From an uncultured bacterium (GTDB lineage: Bacteria; CSSED10-310; CAZUFC01), in NCBI GenBank assembly GCA_964619725.1, contig CAZUFC010000052.1, forward strand, positions 16,301 through 54,472: 38,172 nucleotides of DNA, read 5' to 3'. The number at the start of each line of letters is the position of its first letter. The stretch's first letter is position 1. Below the pieces are notes generated by a model. That model ran no database searches. It had not been told where the DNA came from and was given only the letters and a program-made list of their open reading frames with translations. The translations under genes were made by a program, and so were the position numbers. This document shows, piece after piece, positions 17,411 to 25,952 of this stretch.

Positions 17411-17455
17411 AATTGACTTGGGAAGAGAATTAATCGGCTGATTACGGAGGTAAAA

Positions 17456-18610
17456 TTGGAGTCTTTGCAGGCGATAAGAGAAAAAAAGACAAAAGTGATC
17501 AATCTCGCCAGAAAGTTGAAAAAAGAGGGCAAGTTTTTGGAGTCCCGCGCGCGGTTTAATGAAGGCGGAGATTTGGAGCACAGGATATTTCAGATCGAAT
17601 CTGAAGACGGTGTGGAGACGGCGCCGAAGCACGCATTAAACGCCATGATATGCTGGGCGGAAGGGCGTCAGTTGAACAAGATGGTGGAATGTTACAAAGA
17701 GTTGAAGTCGTTGCAGCCTTCATCGAAATATGATGTCAAGGGGAGATTTATTTTCATAAAAGCGCTGCTTACAAACAAGGTGAACCTGGATTATATTGAT
17801 CTAAGTTATTGTCATATAGGGAATTTAGATTTGTCAAAGGCGAATTTGAGCGGAGCTGTTTTTAAAGGATTGGAGTTGAAGGGAACCAACCTGAGAGGCG
17901 CTAATTTAAAAGGGGTGAACCTGGAGGAAGCGAAGCTGACGGATGTTGATTTTTCCGGGGCTAATTTAAAAGGTTCTTATTGGCGAGGGGCGTTATGTTC
18001 CGGTTCGAAGTTCAGCGAAGTCACATTGGACGGGAGTCATTTCATTGAACTGAAATGTTCCGGATGCACTTTCAACAAGGCGCACATGAGCGGTATTTTC
18101 ATCCGCAATTCTGATTGCAGGCGCGTTGATTTAACGTCGGCGGACGTCAGCGGATCAACGCTTGAATCTGTCCAGATGGAAGGCTCAACGTTAAAAGGGT
18201 CGGATTTTACCGATTCAAAATTGAAAAACGTTAATTTATCTTCCTGCCTGGTCGATAATGCGATCTTCAGAGGAGCGCATCTCAACAAGGTCAATTTCGA
18301 AGGCACTTTGCTGGAGCATGCAGATATGAAAGGAGCCTCCATTACAGGCGGAGTGTTGAAGGGGACGAAATTGAAAAAGGTAAAGGAGAAAGGCGCCACG
18401 GGACTTGAAATACACATGGAAGGCGGAAAAATCGACGAATCTCCCATAAAAAAATTCGATTCGGATTTATCCTCTACTGACTATATTAAAGTAGATGATG
18501 AAGATGACGAATTCGAGGATTTCTCTGATACTGTTGACGACGAGAGAAGGGATGACGACGACAGACGCAGCATTAAGAGAATTTTCGGAATTTTTCCTAA
18601 AAAGAAGTAA
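17456..18610 (+). CDS. Pentapeptide repeat protein with N-terminal helical domain and acidic C-terminal tail
   Basis: Long A(N/D)LxG-type five-residue periodicity (ANLSGAVFKGLELKGTNLRGANLKG...). TTG start with a GGAGGT SD. Confidence 0.9.
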   Translation: MESLQAIREKKTKVINLARKLKKEGKFLESRARFNEGGDLEHRIFQIESEDGVETAPKHALNAMICWAEGRQLNKMVECYKELKSLQPSSKYDVKGRFIFIKALLTNKVNLDYIDLSYCHIGNLDLSKANLSGAVFKGLELKGTNLRGANLKGVNLEEAKLTDVDFSGANLKGSYWRGALCSGSKFSEVTLDGSHFIELKCSGCTFNKAHMSGIFIRNSDCRRVDLTSADVSGSTLESVQMEGSTLKGSDFTDSKLKNVNLSSCLVDNAIFRGAHLNKVNFEGTLLEHADMKGASITGGVLKGTKLKKVKEKGATGLEIHMEGGKIDESPIKKFDSDLSSTDYIKVDDEDDEFEDFSDTVDDERRDDDDRRSIKRIFGIFPKKK

Positions 18611-18712
18611 CTCTTATTTTCTTGTCAAAATTATATTTTAATCGATATTAAAGGTTTCGAATTTTTTATAAAAAATTAAGGGGAAAACAAATGCAAGCAA
18701 TGAGAGAATCCT

Positions 18713-19033
18713 GTGAAACAAAGAATCGTTAGGTGGTGGAGAACCATCAGGGACAAACCGGGACTCAGGCCTTTTCGTCTGTTCGTAGCAGGTTTGTTCA
18801 TATTATTGGGAATAGTCGGCTTTGTTCTTCCTATTCTTCAGGGATTTTTATTTGTTTTTATAGGTTTGGGATTATTGGGAGCGGAATTTCCTGCCGTGAA
18901 GAGGTTCACGAGTCGATTAAAGGAAAAGATCAGATCGAGATTGCGATGGAAGAAGCCAAAAGTGAGGAAGCGTGTGGAGGAGACCGAGAGACTGCTGTCC
19001 GAGAGTGAAGAGGATAAGGGGAGAGGCGATTAA
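18713..19033 (+). CDS. Small membrane protein (PGPGW/DUF454-like hairpin)
   Basis: Two hydrophobic segments around GIVGFVLPILQGFLF, then a basic amphipathic C-terminus. Confidence 0.7.
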   Translation: MKQRIVRWWRTIRDKPGLRPFRLFVAGLFILLGIVGFVLPILQGFLFVFIGLGLLGAEFPAVKRFTSRLKEKIRSRLRWKKPKVRKRVEETERLLSESEEDKGRGD

Positions 19034-19079
19034 GTTATAAACTAACGGAATAGGTTTTCGTCTGAAGCGGATAGCGGGT

Positions 19080-19706
19080 TTAGTATTCGTCATAGTAGGA
19101 AGAACGTGGGCGAGCGGGTTCGGGCGCGGTCGGCGGATTCCAGGGAGTCCGGTATCCGAAGAAGCCGTCTATTTTCCAATTGGGGCCTTTTTTTACGAGT
19201 TTGAAGACGAGTTCATCGGGGACGCCATCGTCATCGCGGTTTTCTGAGAAGTCCAATCCCCATCTTCCTGCTGTTCTGCCTGTTCCGGGATAAAAGATAT
19301 CCACCCAGGCAGTTTTTTCTTCTTCTTTGCGGACCCGGATATCATAATCCACATCGTCAGGCAGCCACTGTTCCAGAACCCAGGATAAACCGAGGGCCGC
19401 CTTTTCGATAGGGCTGTAGGTATAATATATTCCGTGTTGTTCACCCTTTGAAGCCGAAGTTTTATCAAAGAATTCCTTGTAATGATCGCCGAACCATTTT
19501 TCATCAGCTTTCGTGAAACATTCCCAGATGACCTGCTGAGAGAAGTCTCCCCTCAGGATGGGACGGGCTCTAGCAATGAATTCCTCAATGGTCGATTCGG
19601 GAGAAGCCAATTCGGGTATAGGTTTAGCGCATGCGAAAAGCATTGCCGCTAGAACGAAGAGAACAACGGGGCATTTTTTGATTGTATTATTTAAGTACGG
19701 CTTCAT
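19080..19706 (-). CDS. Hypothetical lipoprotein (possible NTF2-like/DUF4878-type fold)
   Basis: LFAC lipobox, SPESTIEEF start and FKLVKKGPNWKID end pattern; AGGAGG SD. Confidence 0.72.
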   Translation of the reverse strand: MKPYLNNTIKKCPVVLFVLAAMLFACAKPIPELASPESTIEEFIARARPILRGDFSQQVIWECFTKADEKWFGDHYKEFFDKTSASKGEQHGIYYTYSPIEKAALGLSWVLEQWLPDDVDYDIRVRKEEEKTAWVDIFYPGTGRTAGRWGLDFSENRDDDGVPDELVFKLVKKGPNWKIDGFFGYRTPWNPPTAPEPARPRSSYYDEY

Positions 19707-19776
19707 TTTCCATGATACCTCCTGAATAAATTGTAATGGAAGGAACAGAGAAAAAAATCAAAAAACCGACATAAAA

Positions 19777-19805
19777 ATTTTAATAATTAAAGAAAAATGA
19801 GTCAA
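19777..19805 (-). promoter_or_regulatory. Sigma70 promoter of the 19080..19706 lipoprotein gene
   Basis: Minus strand TTGACT-17 bp-TAAAAT. Confidence 0.6.
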
Positions 19806-20006
19806 GGAATTATTTAAGGAATGCTTTCGTTTAAAAACTATGGCAGCGCCAGTCCGCCCCGGTCCTGCCGAGGCGGAGAGGCGGTGTGAGTTTTCCGGGA
19901 AGGGCGGATCATGGAAGACTTTCGTCTGGCCGGCTTGATTTTCATATTAAAAGCCTTATAAAATTTAAGAGGCGGATTGATTAATCAAAGAAGGAAGAAA
20001 TAGCCT

Positions 20007-22286
20007 ATGGAGAGAAAAGAAACGATTTATCTGTTTTTGCTGATAGTATTGTTCAACGGATCGAATGTTTTAATGACCAGAGCGGTTGCCGGTTCTGTCT
20101 GGAGGGGCGGCAGCGGAGGATTCGATGCGCTTGCGGAGCGGGCGCCGCAATGGGCTGAGGATTCTGGAGAATTGCGTCGATACGGCAAGCGAATGCTGCG
20201 TGATCAGATCAATTTAATGGTGATAAGAACGACGGAAGCGGAAGAATCGGTCATCCGCGCATTGGACGAGGCCGGTTATGCTTACGAGGAGCATTATGAG
20301 CCTGACGACTGGACGGGATTGGATTTTTCATCATTTGACGTCGTATTAATCGCAATGCATGATGGCGGGATAGACCAGGATGACATTTCGTCAATTCGAA
20401 ACGAAGTGATTGATGCGGGCAAAAGAGTCATTTTCATCGGGGGATGTTCCACTCAGGATTTCGTAAACGCCGTCAATACGTCATTGCTTGGAGTCAGCAC
20501 GATCAGCTATGACTGGCATGCTTCGCCGGCGCCTCATTTCATCATAACGAATCAGGATCATCCCCTGGTTTCGGGTCTCGAATCGCCCCGCACCTTCAAC
20601 AATGCCTGGGCCTCGTCATATTGCATACGTATAACGGAACCGGAGCTGATTCAGGCGGCGGAGAACGGTGAAGGGGCTCCTGTTCTGATATACAAAGGGG
20701 ACTATGGAACGGGAGGCGATCTGATCTGGATCACGAACGATCCTGATGAAATCGTATGGGAGAACCAGCAGGATTTCGACGTATTGAAAAGGCTTATCGG
20801 CAACAGCCTGCAATTCGGGAATCAGGCTCCTCTATTGCTGCTGACGACTACTTCTTTAGAAGAATCAGTCGAAGACGGCTTGCAGAATTTAGGATTCGTT
20901 TACACGAAAGTTTTCGCAGAGGATTGGACGTTGACGGATTTTGAGGAGTACGAGGTAGTGATTGCGGCCATGGATGGAGGGGAAATCAGTGAAGCAAGCG
21001 TTCAGGCGGTAAGAGAGGATGTGATAGAACAGGGAAAGCGGCTTATTTTTATCGGCGGGACGTCTGTCGAAAGTTTCGTATTGGGGGTGAACGAATATTT
21101 AACGCTCGTGGATACTCAGAATTATAGCTGGAGCCTGCCGCCTGCAGATCAATTCCGTCTGACGAATGCTTCCCATTTTTTATCGGTGGACCTTCCGAAC
21201 ATATATAATTTCGAAAATTCCTTCGCCGGTATGTATCAAATAAGAATCAGGCAATATAATGTTCAGGAGGCTGCCAGAAACGGACATAACGAGATTTGTT
21301 TATATTATCAGTTGGGATTCTCCGGAGGCGGCGATTTTGTCTGGTTCGTCAATTCGCCTTTGAGTTATTATTGGGAAAATGAGGAGGACCGGGATATTTT
21401 AAAGCAGGTTCTGAAGAATTCGTTGTCGTGTTTGAACACAGGCGGAGGTTGCGACATAGCGCTTGTTTCCGATGAAGATCAGTTGAACACGTTGGAGCCT
21501 TTGCTGGACAATATGGGGATTACTTACGACCGATATAATGATAATGGCAATGAGACATTTACGGCCCAACCTGATGTGATGTCGAATTATGAAGTATGTA
21601 TCTGGTATCAGTATGACCGCGGAATATCAACGGATGAAAAAAACGTCATGGACGCCTGGGTCATGAACGGCGGACGTTTGCTGGTTACGGGTTTCGACAG
21701 TCTGGGAAGTCCGGATGATCTCTTGATGGCGCAAATCGTAAGGTCTGAGGAAACAGGCGACGGTCCGTTTGATCTGGCTTATACGGTTATTACATCAACT
21801 CATCCCATCATTAACGGGCCCTACGGTCAGTGGTCGGTTTCAACGGAGCTGAGAGCCGGACATTCCGACCATGATAAGGCGGTCCCGGACATTGCTGAAG
21901 GCGCCGTATCAGTAGCGGATTTCAGCGACGGGACCTCAAAAATAATGGCGACGGACTCAATCAGTCTCGGCGGTAAAGTAGTCTACTGGAACGGGAATTA
22001 CGAATTAAAGGATTGGACCAATTCCGGAACTCAGCCCGACCAGATTCAACTTCTCAAAAATACCCTGTTCTGGTTATGCCAGGCCCCGGAAACGCCTCTG
22101 CCTAGCGCCACCCCCACCTGGACCGTCACCAGCACGCCGGAGCCGACTTCCACACCCACGATTACGCCCACTCCTTTTCCTATTCCGTCGCTCAAAATCC
22201 CTGGATTCAGCATACTAATACTGCTCACAAGCCTTTTAATGCTCACGGGAACCTTGCGAAAGAACAGGAAAGAAAATGAGACTTGA
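20007..22286 (+). CDS. Secreted protein with three tandem GATase1-like (flavodoxin-like) domains, P/T linker and IPTL-CTERM-like anchor
   Basis: Signal peptide, two clearly homologous ~200-aa repeats (GKR(V/L)IFIGG, GGD..W..N.P...WEN..D.D.LK....NSL) and a third diverged one, a TPTWTVTSTPEPTSTPTITPTP linker, then IPSL, a TM helix and RKNRK. Confidence 0.8.
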   Translation: MERKETIYLFLLIVLFNGSNVLMTRAVAGSVWRGGSGGFDALAERAPQWAEDSGELRRYGKRMLRDQINLMVIRTTEAEESVIRALDEAGYAYEEHYEPDDWTGLDFSSFDVVLIAMHDGGIDQDDISSIRNEVIDAGKRVIFIGGCSTQDFVNAVNTSLLGVSTISYDWHASPAPHFIITNQDHPLVSGLESPRTFNNAWASSYCIRITEPELIQAAENGEGAPVLIYKGDYGTGGDLIWITNDPDEIVWENQQDFDVLKRLIGNSLQFGNQAPLLLLTTTSLEESVEDGLQNLGFVYTKVFAEDWTLTDFEEYEVVIAAMDGGEISEASVQAVREDVIEQGKRLIFIGGTSVESFVLGVNEYLTLVDTQNYSWSLPPADQFRLTNASHFLSVDLPNIYNFENSFAGMYQIRIRQYNVQEAARNGHNEICLYYQLGFSGGGDFVWFVNSPLSYYWENEEDRDILKQVLKNSLSCLNTGGGCDIALVSDEDQLNTLEPLLDNMGITYDRYNDNGNETFTAQPDVMSNYEVCIWYQYDRGISTDEKNVMDAWVMNGGRLLVTGFDSLGSPDDLLMAQIVRSEETGDGPFDLAYTVITSTHPIINGPYGQWSVSTELRAGHSDHDKAVPDIAEGAVSVADFSDGTSKIMATDSISLGGKVVYWNGNYELKDWTNSGTQPDQIQLLKNTLFWLCQAPETPLPSATPTWTVTSTPEPTSTPTITPTPFPIPSLKIPGFSILILLTSLLMLTGTLRKNRKENET

Positions 22287-23061
22287 AAAATACATTCGAA
22301 ACGTCCGTTACCGGAAACAGGAAGCAGCTCAAAAAAGGAGAGCCGTATACAATGGTATAATAAACGGTCCGGGCATGGTCACCAGTGGAAATTTTAATAA
22401 GATCAGCATGATAGACTTGGAACTTCTTCTGTGCCTGTACGACAAATATTTTTTTGAAAATTTACTCATTTCGACGCTCAAAAAAAACAATTACAGCGTC
22501 AGATTGCGTATGTCGCGGAATATGACGCGTAGCGCTGGTTCCACCCGATACAGAAAAGCGTTGAAAGGAAACGTTCTCAGGGCCGTTTCTGTTTTTGTTC
22601 TATCCTTTTCAGCCGATTTGCTCGGTCAGACATTCAGCGACCTGAAACGCCCAGTGACGGTGAACGGCATCGAATGCCGGGATCGGCTTGAAGCTCTGCA
22701 GTGCGTTTTTGAACACGAACTGATTCACCTGATTGAATTGTTCCTGTGGGACGATTCTTCGTGCAGAAGATCACGATTCAGAAGATTAGCCGGAAATTTT
22801 TTCTGTCATAAGGAAACGACTCATAATCTGATAACGCAAATCGAAAGGGCTGTAGCGTTGTATGACGTTCAGCCTGGCGATATGGTCGAATTCGATTACC
22901 GGGGGAAAAAGCTGACCGGTAGAATCAACAGGATTACGAAAAGAGCGACGGTATTGTGTGAACATCCCGACGGAGATAAATATACGGACGGCAAACGATA
23001 CTTGAAATACTATATTCCGCTTTCTTTTTTGAGAAAATCGCCGTCTGTGAACAGAAACTAA
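22276..23061 (+). CDS. SprT-like zinc metalloprotease with C-terminal SH3-like domain
   Basis: SRNMTRSAGST, HELIH (HExxH) and C-terminal GDMVEF...GRINRITKRATVL. Confidence 0.8.
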   Translation: MRLEKYIRNVRYRKQEAAQKRRAVYNGIINGPGMVTSGNFNKISMIDLELLLCLYDKYFFENLLISTLKKNNYSVRLRMSRNMTRSAGSTRYRKALKGNVLRAVSVFVLSFSADLLGQTFSDLKRPVTVNGIECRDRLEALQCVFEHELIHLIELFLWDDSSCRRSRFRRLAGNFFCHKETTHNLITQIERAVALYDVQPGDMVEFDYRGKKLTGRINRITKRATVLCEHPDGDKYTDGKRYLKYYIPLSFLRKSPSVNRN

Positions 23062-24938
23062 AAGGTTCTGCCGATCAGTTCTATCATAAATTCATTGTCG
23101 GCCTGTCTCCATTTCAGACGCAATTCGTTTATGTGCAGGTCTCTAACAATGACGGCTTCAATGTCGATGACTTCTTCTGAGATGAAATCATAGCCGGCCT
23201 TGACTGTTGTTTTCCAGAATTTTTTCCATTTAAGGGAAAAAGAGGCGGCGCCAGTTTTTAACCTGTTTTCTTGAGGGTCCCAGAACAGGAATGATTCGAA
23301 GGAATTGCCGGAGGTATTGCGGTTCAGATTCAGGGCCGCTTCCTGGTCTGCGTTTCCTGCCGTGAGACCGGGGCTTTCGGTCAATCTTCGGGTGTAGTAG
23401 TAATATATGAGGCTTCCCTTGAATTTGCAGAATAAATCGTGTTCAAGTTCACTTCTGTATTCCAACGTTGCGTAATCGGCTGATCCCGTTCTAAGGAGGA
23501 GTCCTCCCACGACGGCGACGGCGCATTTCAAACGTTCTGTAAGAGCGATGGGAGTATGTTCCAGCATAAATAATGATGTGTCGTGATAGCTGCTTACGGA
23601 GTTTTCATTTTTTTCATGGGAATAGAAAAAATTATTGCGCCAGGAATAATGGATAAAGGTATCGCCTATTTTTCTTGGCGGTCGGATAAGGGAGAATGAA
23701 GGGGCATGGCGTGCGAAATGCATATTAAAAACGCGTTCGTAAAAATATTCCAGTTCAAAACTAAGGCCTTCCGGACGCCATATGAAATCGAGGCTGGTCG
23801 TTCCTGTTTTGTATTTTTCAGTCAGTTCCGGTTCTTTTTGAAGGATGTATTCAAATGCCAGGCTGCTGGAAAGACGACGGTTCCATTGCCGTTTAAACCG
23901 GATTCCGGCCTTATAACCTCGATCAAAAGAGTAATCGCCGCCCCAATCCAGATGATTTTTATCGGAAAGGCTTCGGTCGTGGTAACAGGAAAATTTTTTC
24001 GTCTGCACGCCGTATCTGTCTTTTTGCCAGGATGCTTTCAAGGAAAGGTCGTTTTCCCGTTGGCGGGAAGAACATCGATAGGTTGCGGAGATTAATGCTT
24101 CATCATAGGTTCCGTAGGCGGTTTCTATTTTTGTCAGCCTGTTTTCATCGAACTGATAATTAGAAAATAATGCGAAATGTCCGGCATGTTTTTTTTCATA
24201 GGGATAGTCTGATTTGCCGCGAATATAGCTTGACGTTATACCGCCGAAAAAGCGGTCAGACAGCATATAACGGTATGAAAGAGAGGCGTTTCCATATCCT
24301 GAGTCGCTTAATCTGATTGAATTGAAGAGAAATCCTTTTCTAGGTTCCTGGTTGCCGATGCGAAGGGAAATTTTATTAAGAAGCGGAGATTCGCTTCCTT
24401 CAATAATGATTCTGGCGTAATGGAGTTTTATTTTAAGATAGGGATGAAATGCGGCCTGTTGGGCGATGACGTACATGTTTGATTTCCGGATATCGTATTT
24501 TGATTGGAAGGGTGCATCGGGAAGCGTTATTTTTTCATCGGTAATATTCATATCGCCAAAGTCGATGAATGCTTTTTCAATTGTTTGATCGAATGACTCA
24601 TAATAACCGATCATATCCTTGATTGACAGAATGAGCAGACTGACGTTTTTCCAGATTTTATTGCGATAAAGAATTTTATTTTCGCAGGCACGGAGTTTCC
24701 AATCAATCAGATCGACATTGAGACGTTCAGATTCGATTGTGACATCGCCGAATTGAATGACGACGTTACCGGCGGCGACGATGAAAGGGTTCGTCATGTC
24801 GTAGGCGAGAAAATCTGCGCTGACGTTTATCACGGGTATTGTCGTATTGAAGGAGCGGCAATCAGTGGCAAGGTGCAGAAGACCGGGGGACATAAGTGAA
24901 AGGAGAAGCAGTAATTTCATGGTCGGCTTAGGATTCAT
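23058..24938 (-). CDS. Outer-membrane beta-barrel protein with LptD/OstA-like N-terminus
   Basis: Signal-like N-terminus, INVSADFLAYD...IVAAGNVVIQFGDVTIESERL (OstA-like), alternating aromatic beta-strands and a terminal Phe. Confidence 0.65.
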   Translation of the reverse strand: MNPKPTMKLLLLLSLMSPGLLHLATDCRSFNTTIPVINVSADFLAYDMTNPFIVAAGNVVIQFGDVTIESERLNVDLIDWKLRACENKILYRNKIWKNVSLLILSIKDMIGYYESFDQTIEKAFIDFGDMNITDEKITLPDAPFQSKYDIRKSNMYVIAQQAAFHPYLKIKLHYARIIIEGSESPLLNKISLRIGNQEPRKGFLFNSIRLSDSGYGNASLSYRYMLSDRFFGGITSSYIRGKSDYPYEKKHAGHFALFSNYQFDENRLTKIETAYGTYDEALISATYRCSSRQRENDLSLKASWQKDRYGVQTKKFSCYHDRSLSDKNHLDWGGDYSFDRGYKAGIRFKRQWNRRLSSSLAFEYILQKEPELTEKYKTGTTSLDFIWRPEGLSFELEYFYERVFNMHFARHAPSFSLIRPPRKIGDTFIHYSWRNNFFYSHEKNENSVSSYHDTSLFMLEHTPIALTERLKCAVAVVGGLLLRTGSADYATLEYRSELEHDLFCKFKGSLIYYYYTRRLTESPGLTAGNADQEAALNLNRNTSGNSFESFLFWDPQENRLKTGAASFSLKWKKFWKTTVKAGYDFISEEVIDIEAVIVRDLHINELRLKWRQADNEFMIELIGRTF

Positions 24939-24948
24939 AGAGTAATTC

Positions 24949-25782
24949 TCATGGATGGAGCATGCTTTTCCTGTCGAGGAGTTTCCGGGTTTGCATCCGC
25001 AGGGGAGCGTGGGTTTTTAACTGAGCATAGGATTTTGATGAGGCGGCATTACCGGCGTTAACGGAGTATATCATACCGGAGAAGTCGGCCACCCAGAGGA
25101 AGGCGCCGTCCCAGGTCAGTCCCGAAGGATCAGGTCCAGGGGAATTGAAGCTATGAAGAATTTCAGCATTGGAGGGTGATAATTGCAGTATTTTTCCTGC
25201 GGCTCCGTCGGCGATCCAGAGGTTTTGACCGTCCCATGCCAGTCCTTGCGGTTGTGAAATATCCAGGGACAGGCGTTTGATGACGTTTCTGGTTTTGGGA
25301 TTCATGGCGATGAGTTTATCGTCTTTTGAATCTGCAGCCCAGAGAAGTTCACCGTCAAATGCCAGGCCGGAGGGTTCGAAACCCGGAAAATCGAAGACAT
25401 TGGAGACGTGACCGTTATAGGCATCGACCCTGATGATTCTGTCGTCGCCCGCATCGGCCAACCAGAGATACCCGTCGTCCCAGGTTATGTCTGCGGATTG
25501 GATTGCGGGAGAACTTCGGCTGGAAAATTCGTAACCGCTTTGGGGATCGAGTCTGTAGATAAGGCGTGTGACCGTATCGGAATTCCAGAGGAAGTCATCG
25601 CCCCAGGCCAGGCCCCAGGGACGGGGACCGGGAGAGGGGAAGGAGCGCAGCACGGAGCCGGCTTCGTCGTCAAAATCAGGATCGACGGGATTATCGAAAA
25701 TGCGATCACCGCAGGCGATATTGAGAAAAAGAGTTATCAGAAGGATAAGCGCCAGGGATGGAGAATAAGTATGTTCACTCAT
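24949..25782 (-). CDS. Lipoprotein with beta-propeller (glutaminyl-cyclase/NHL-like) repeats
   Basis: NIAC lipobox, FDNPVDP, and five P-x-GL(A/T)(W/F)DG..LW.AD-type repeats. ATG 25782 chosen because it gives a normal signal length. Confidence 0.78.
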   Translation of the reverse strand: MSEHTYSPSLALILLITLFLNIACGDRIFDNPVDPDFDDEAGSVLRSFPSPGPRPWGLAWGDDFLWNSDTVTRLIYRLDPQSGYEFSSRSSPAIQSADITWDDGYLWLADAGDDRIIRVDAYNGHVSNVFDFPGFEPSGLAFDGELLWAADSKDDKLIAMNPKTRNVIKRLSLDISQPQGLAWDGQNLWIADGAAGKILQLSPSNAEILHSFNSPGPDPSGLTWDGAFLWVADFSGMIYSVNAGNAASSKSYAQLKTHAPLRMQTRKLLDRKSMLHP

Positions 25783-25952
25783 TAAAGGGGCTTCCGGAAT
25801 TCCTTGATTAGCGATCTGATTATTACTGTCGTTGCCGTCCGGCATCTGAATTTGTCGGAAGTTTCGTGTCTGTAACACTTGATTTCGGGGGATCGTTCAT
25901 GCAGACGACAGGTCGATTTTGATTTCTGACGGGATCGAGACGTCGGGTCATA

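Noticed and set aside
19690-19722. Out-of-frame ATG 7 nt upstream of the true start (also seen at 31450..31452), giving 8-10 codon overlapping ORFs
   Set aside because: These ATGs are only 2-4 nt from the SD, too close for efficient initiation, and two cases are compatible with chance.
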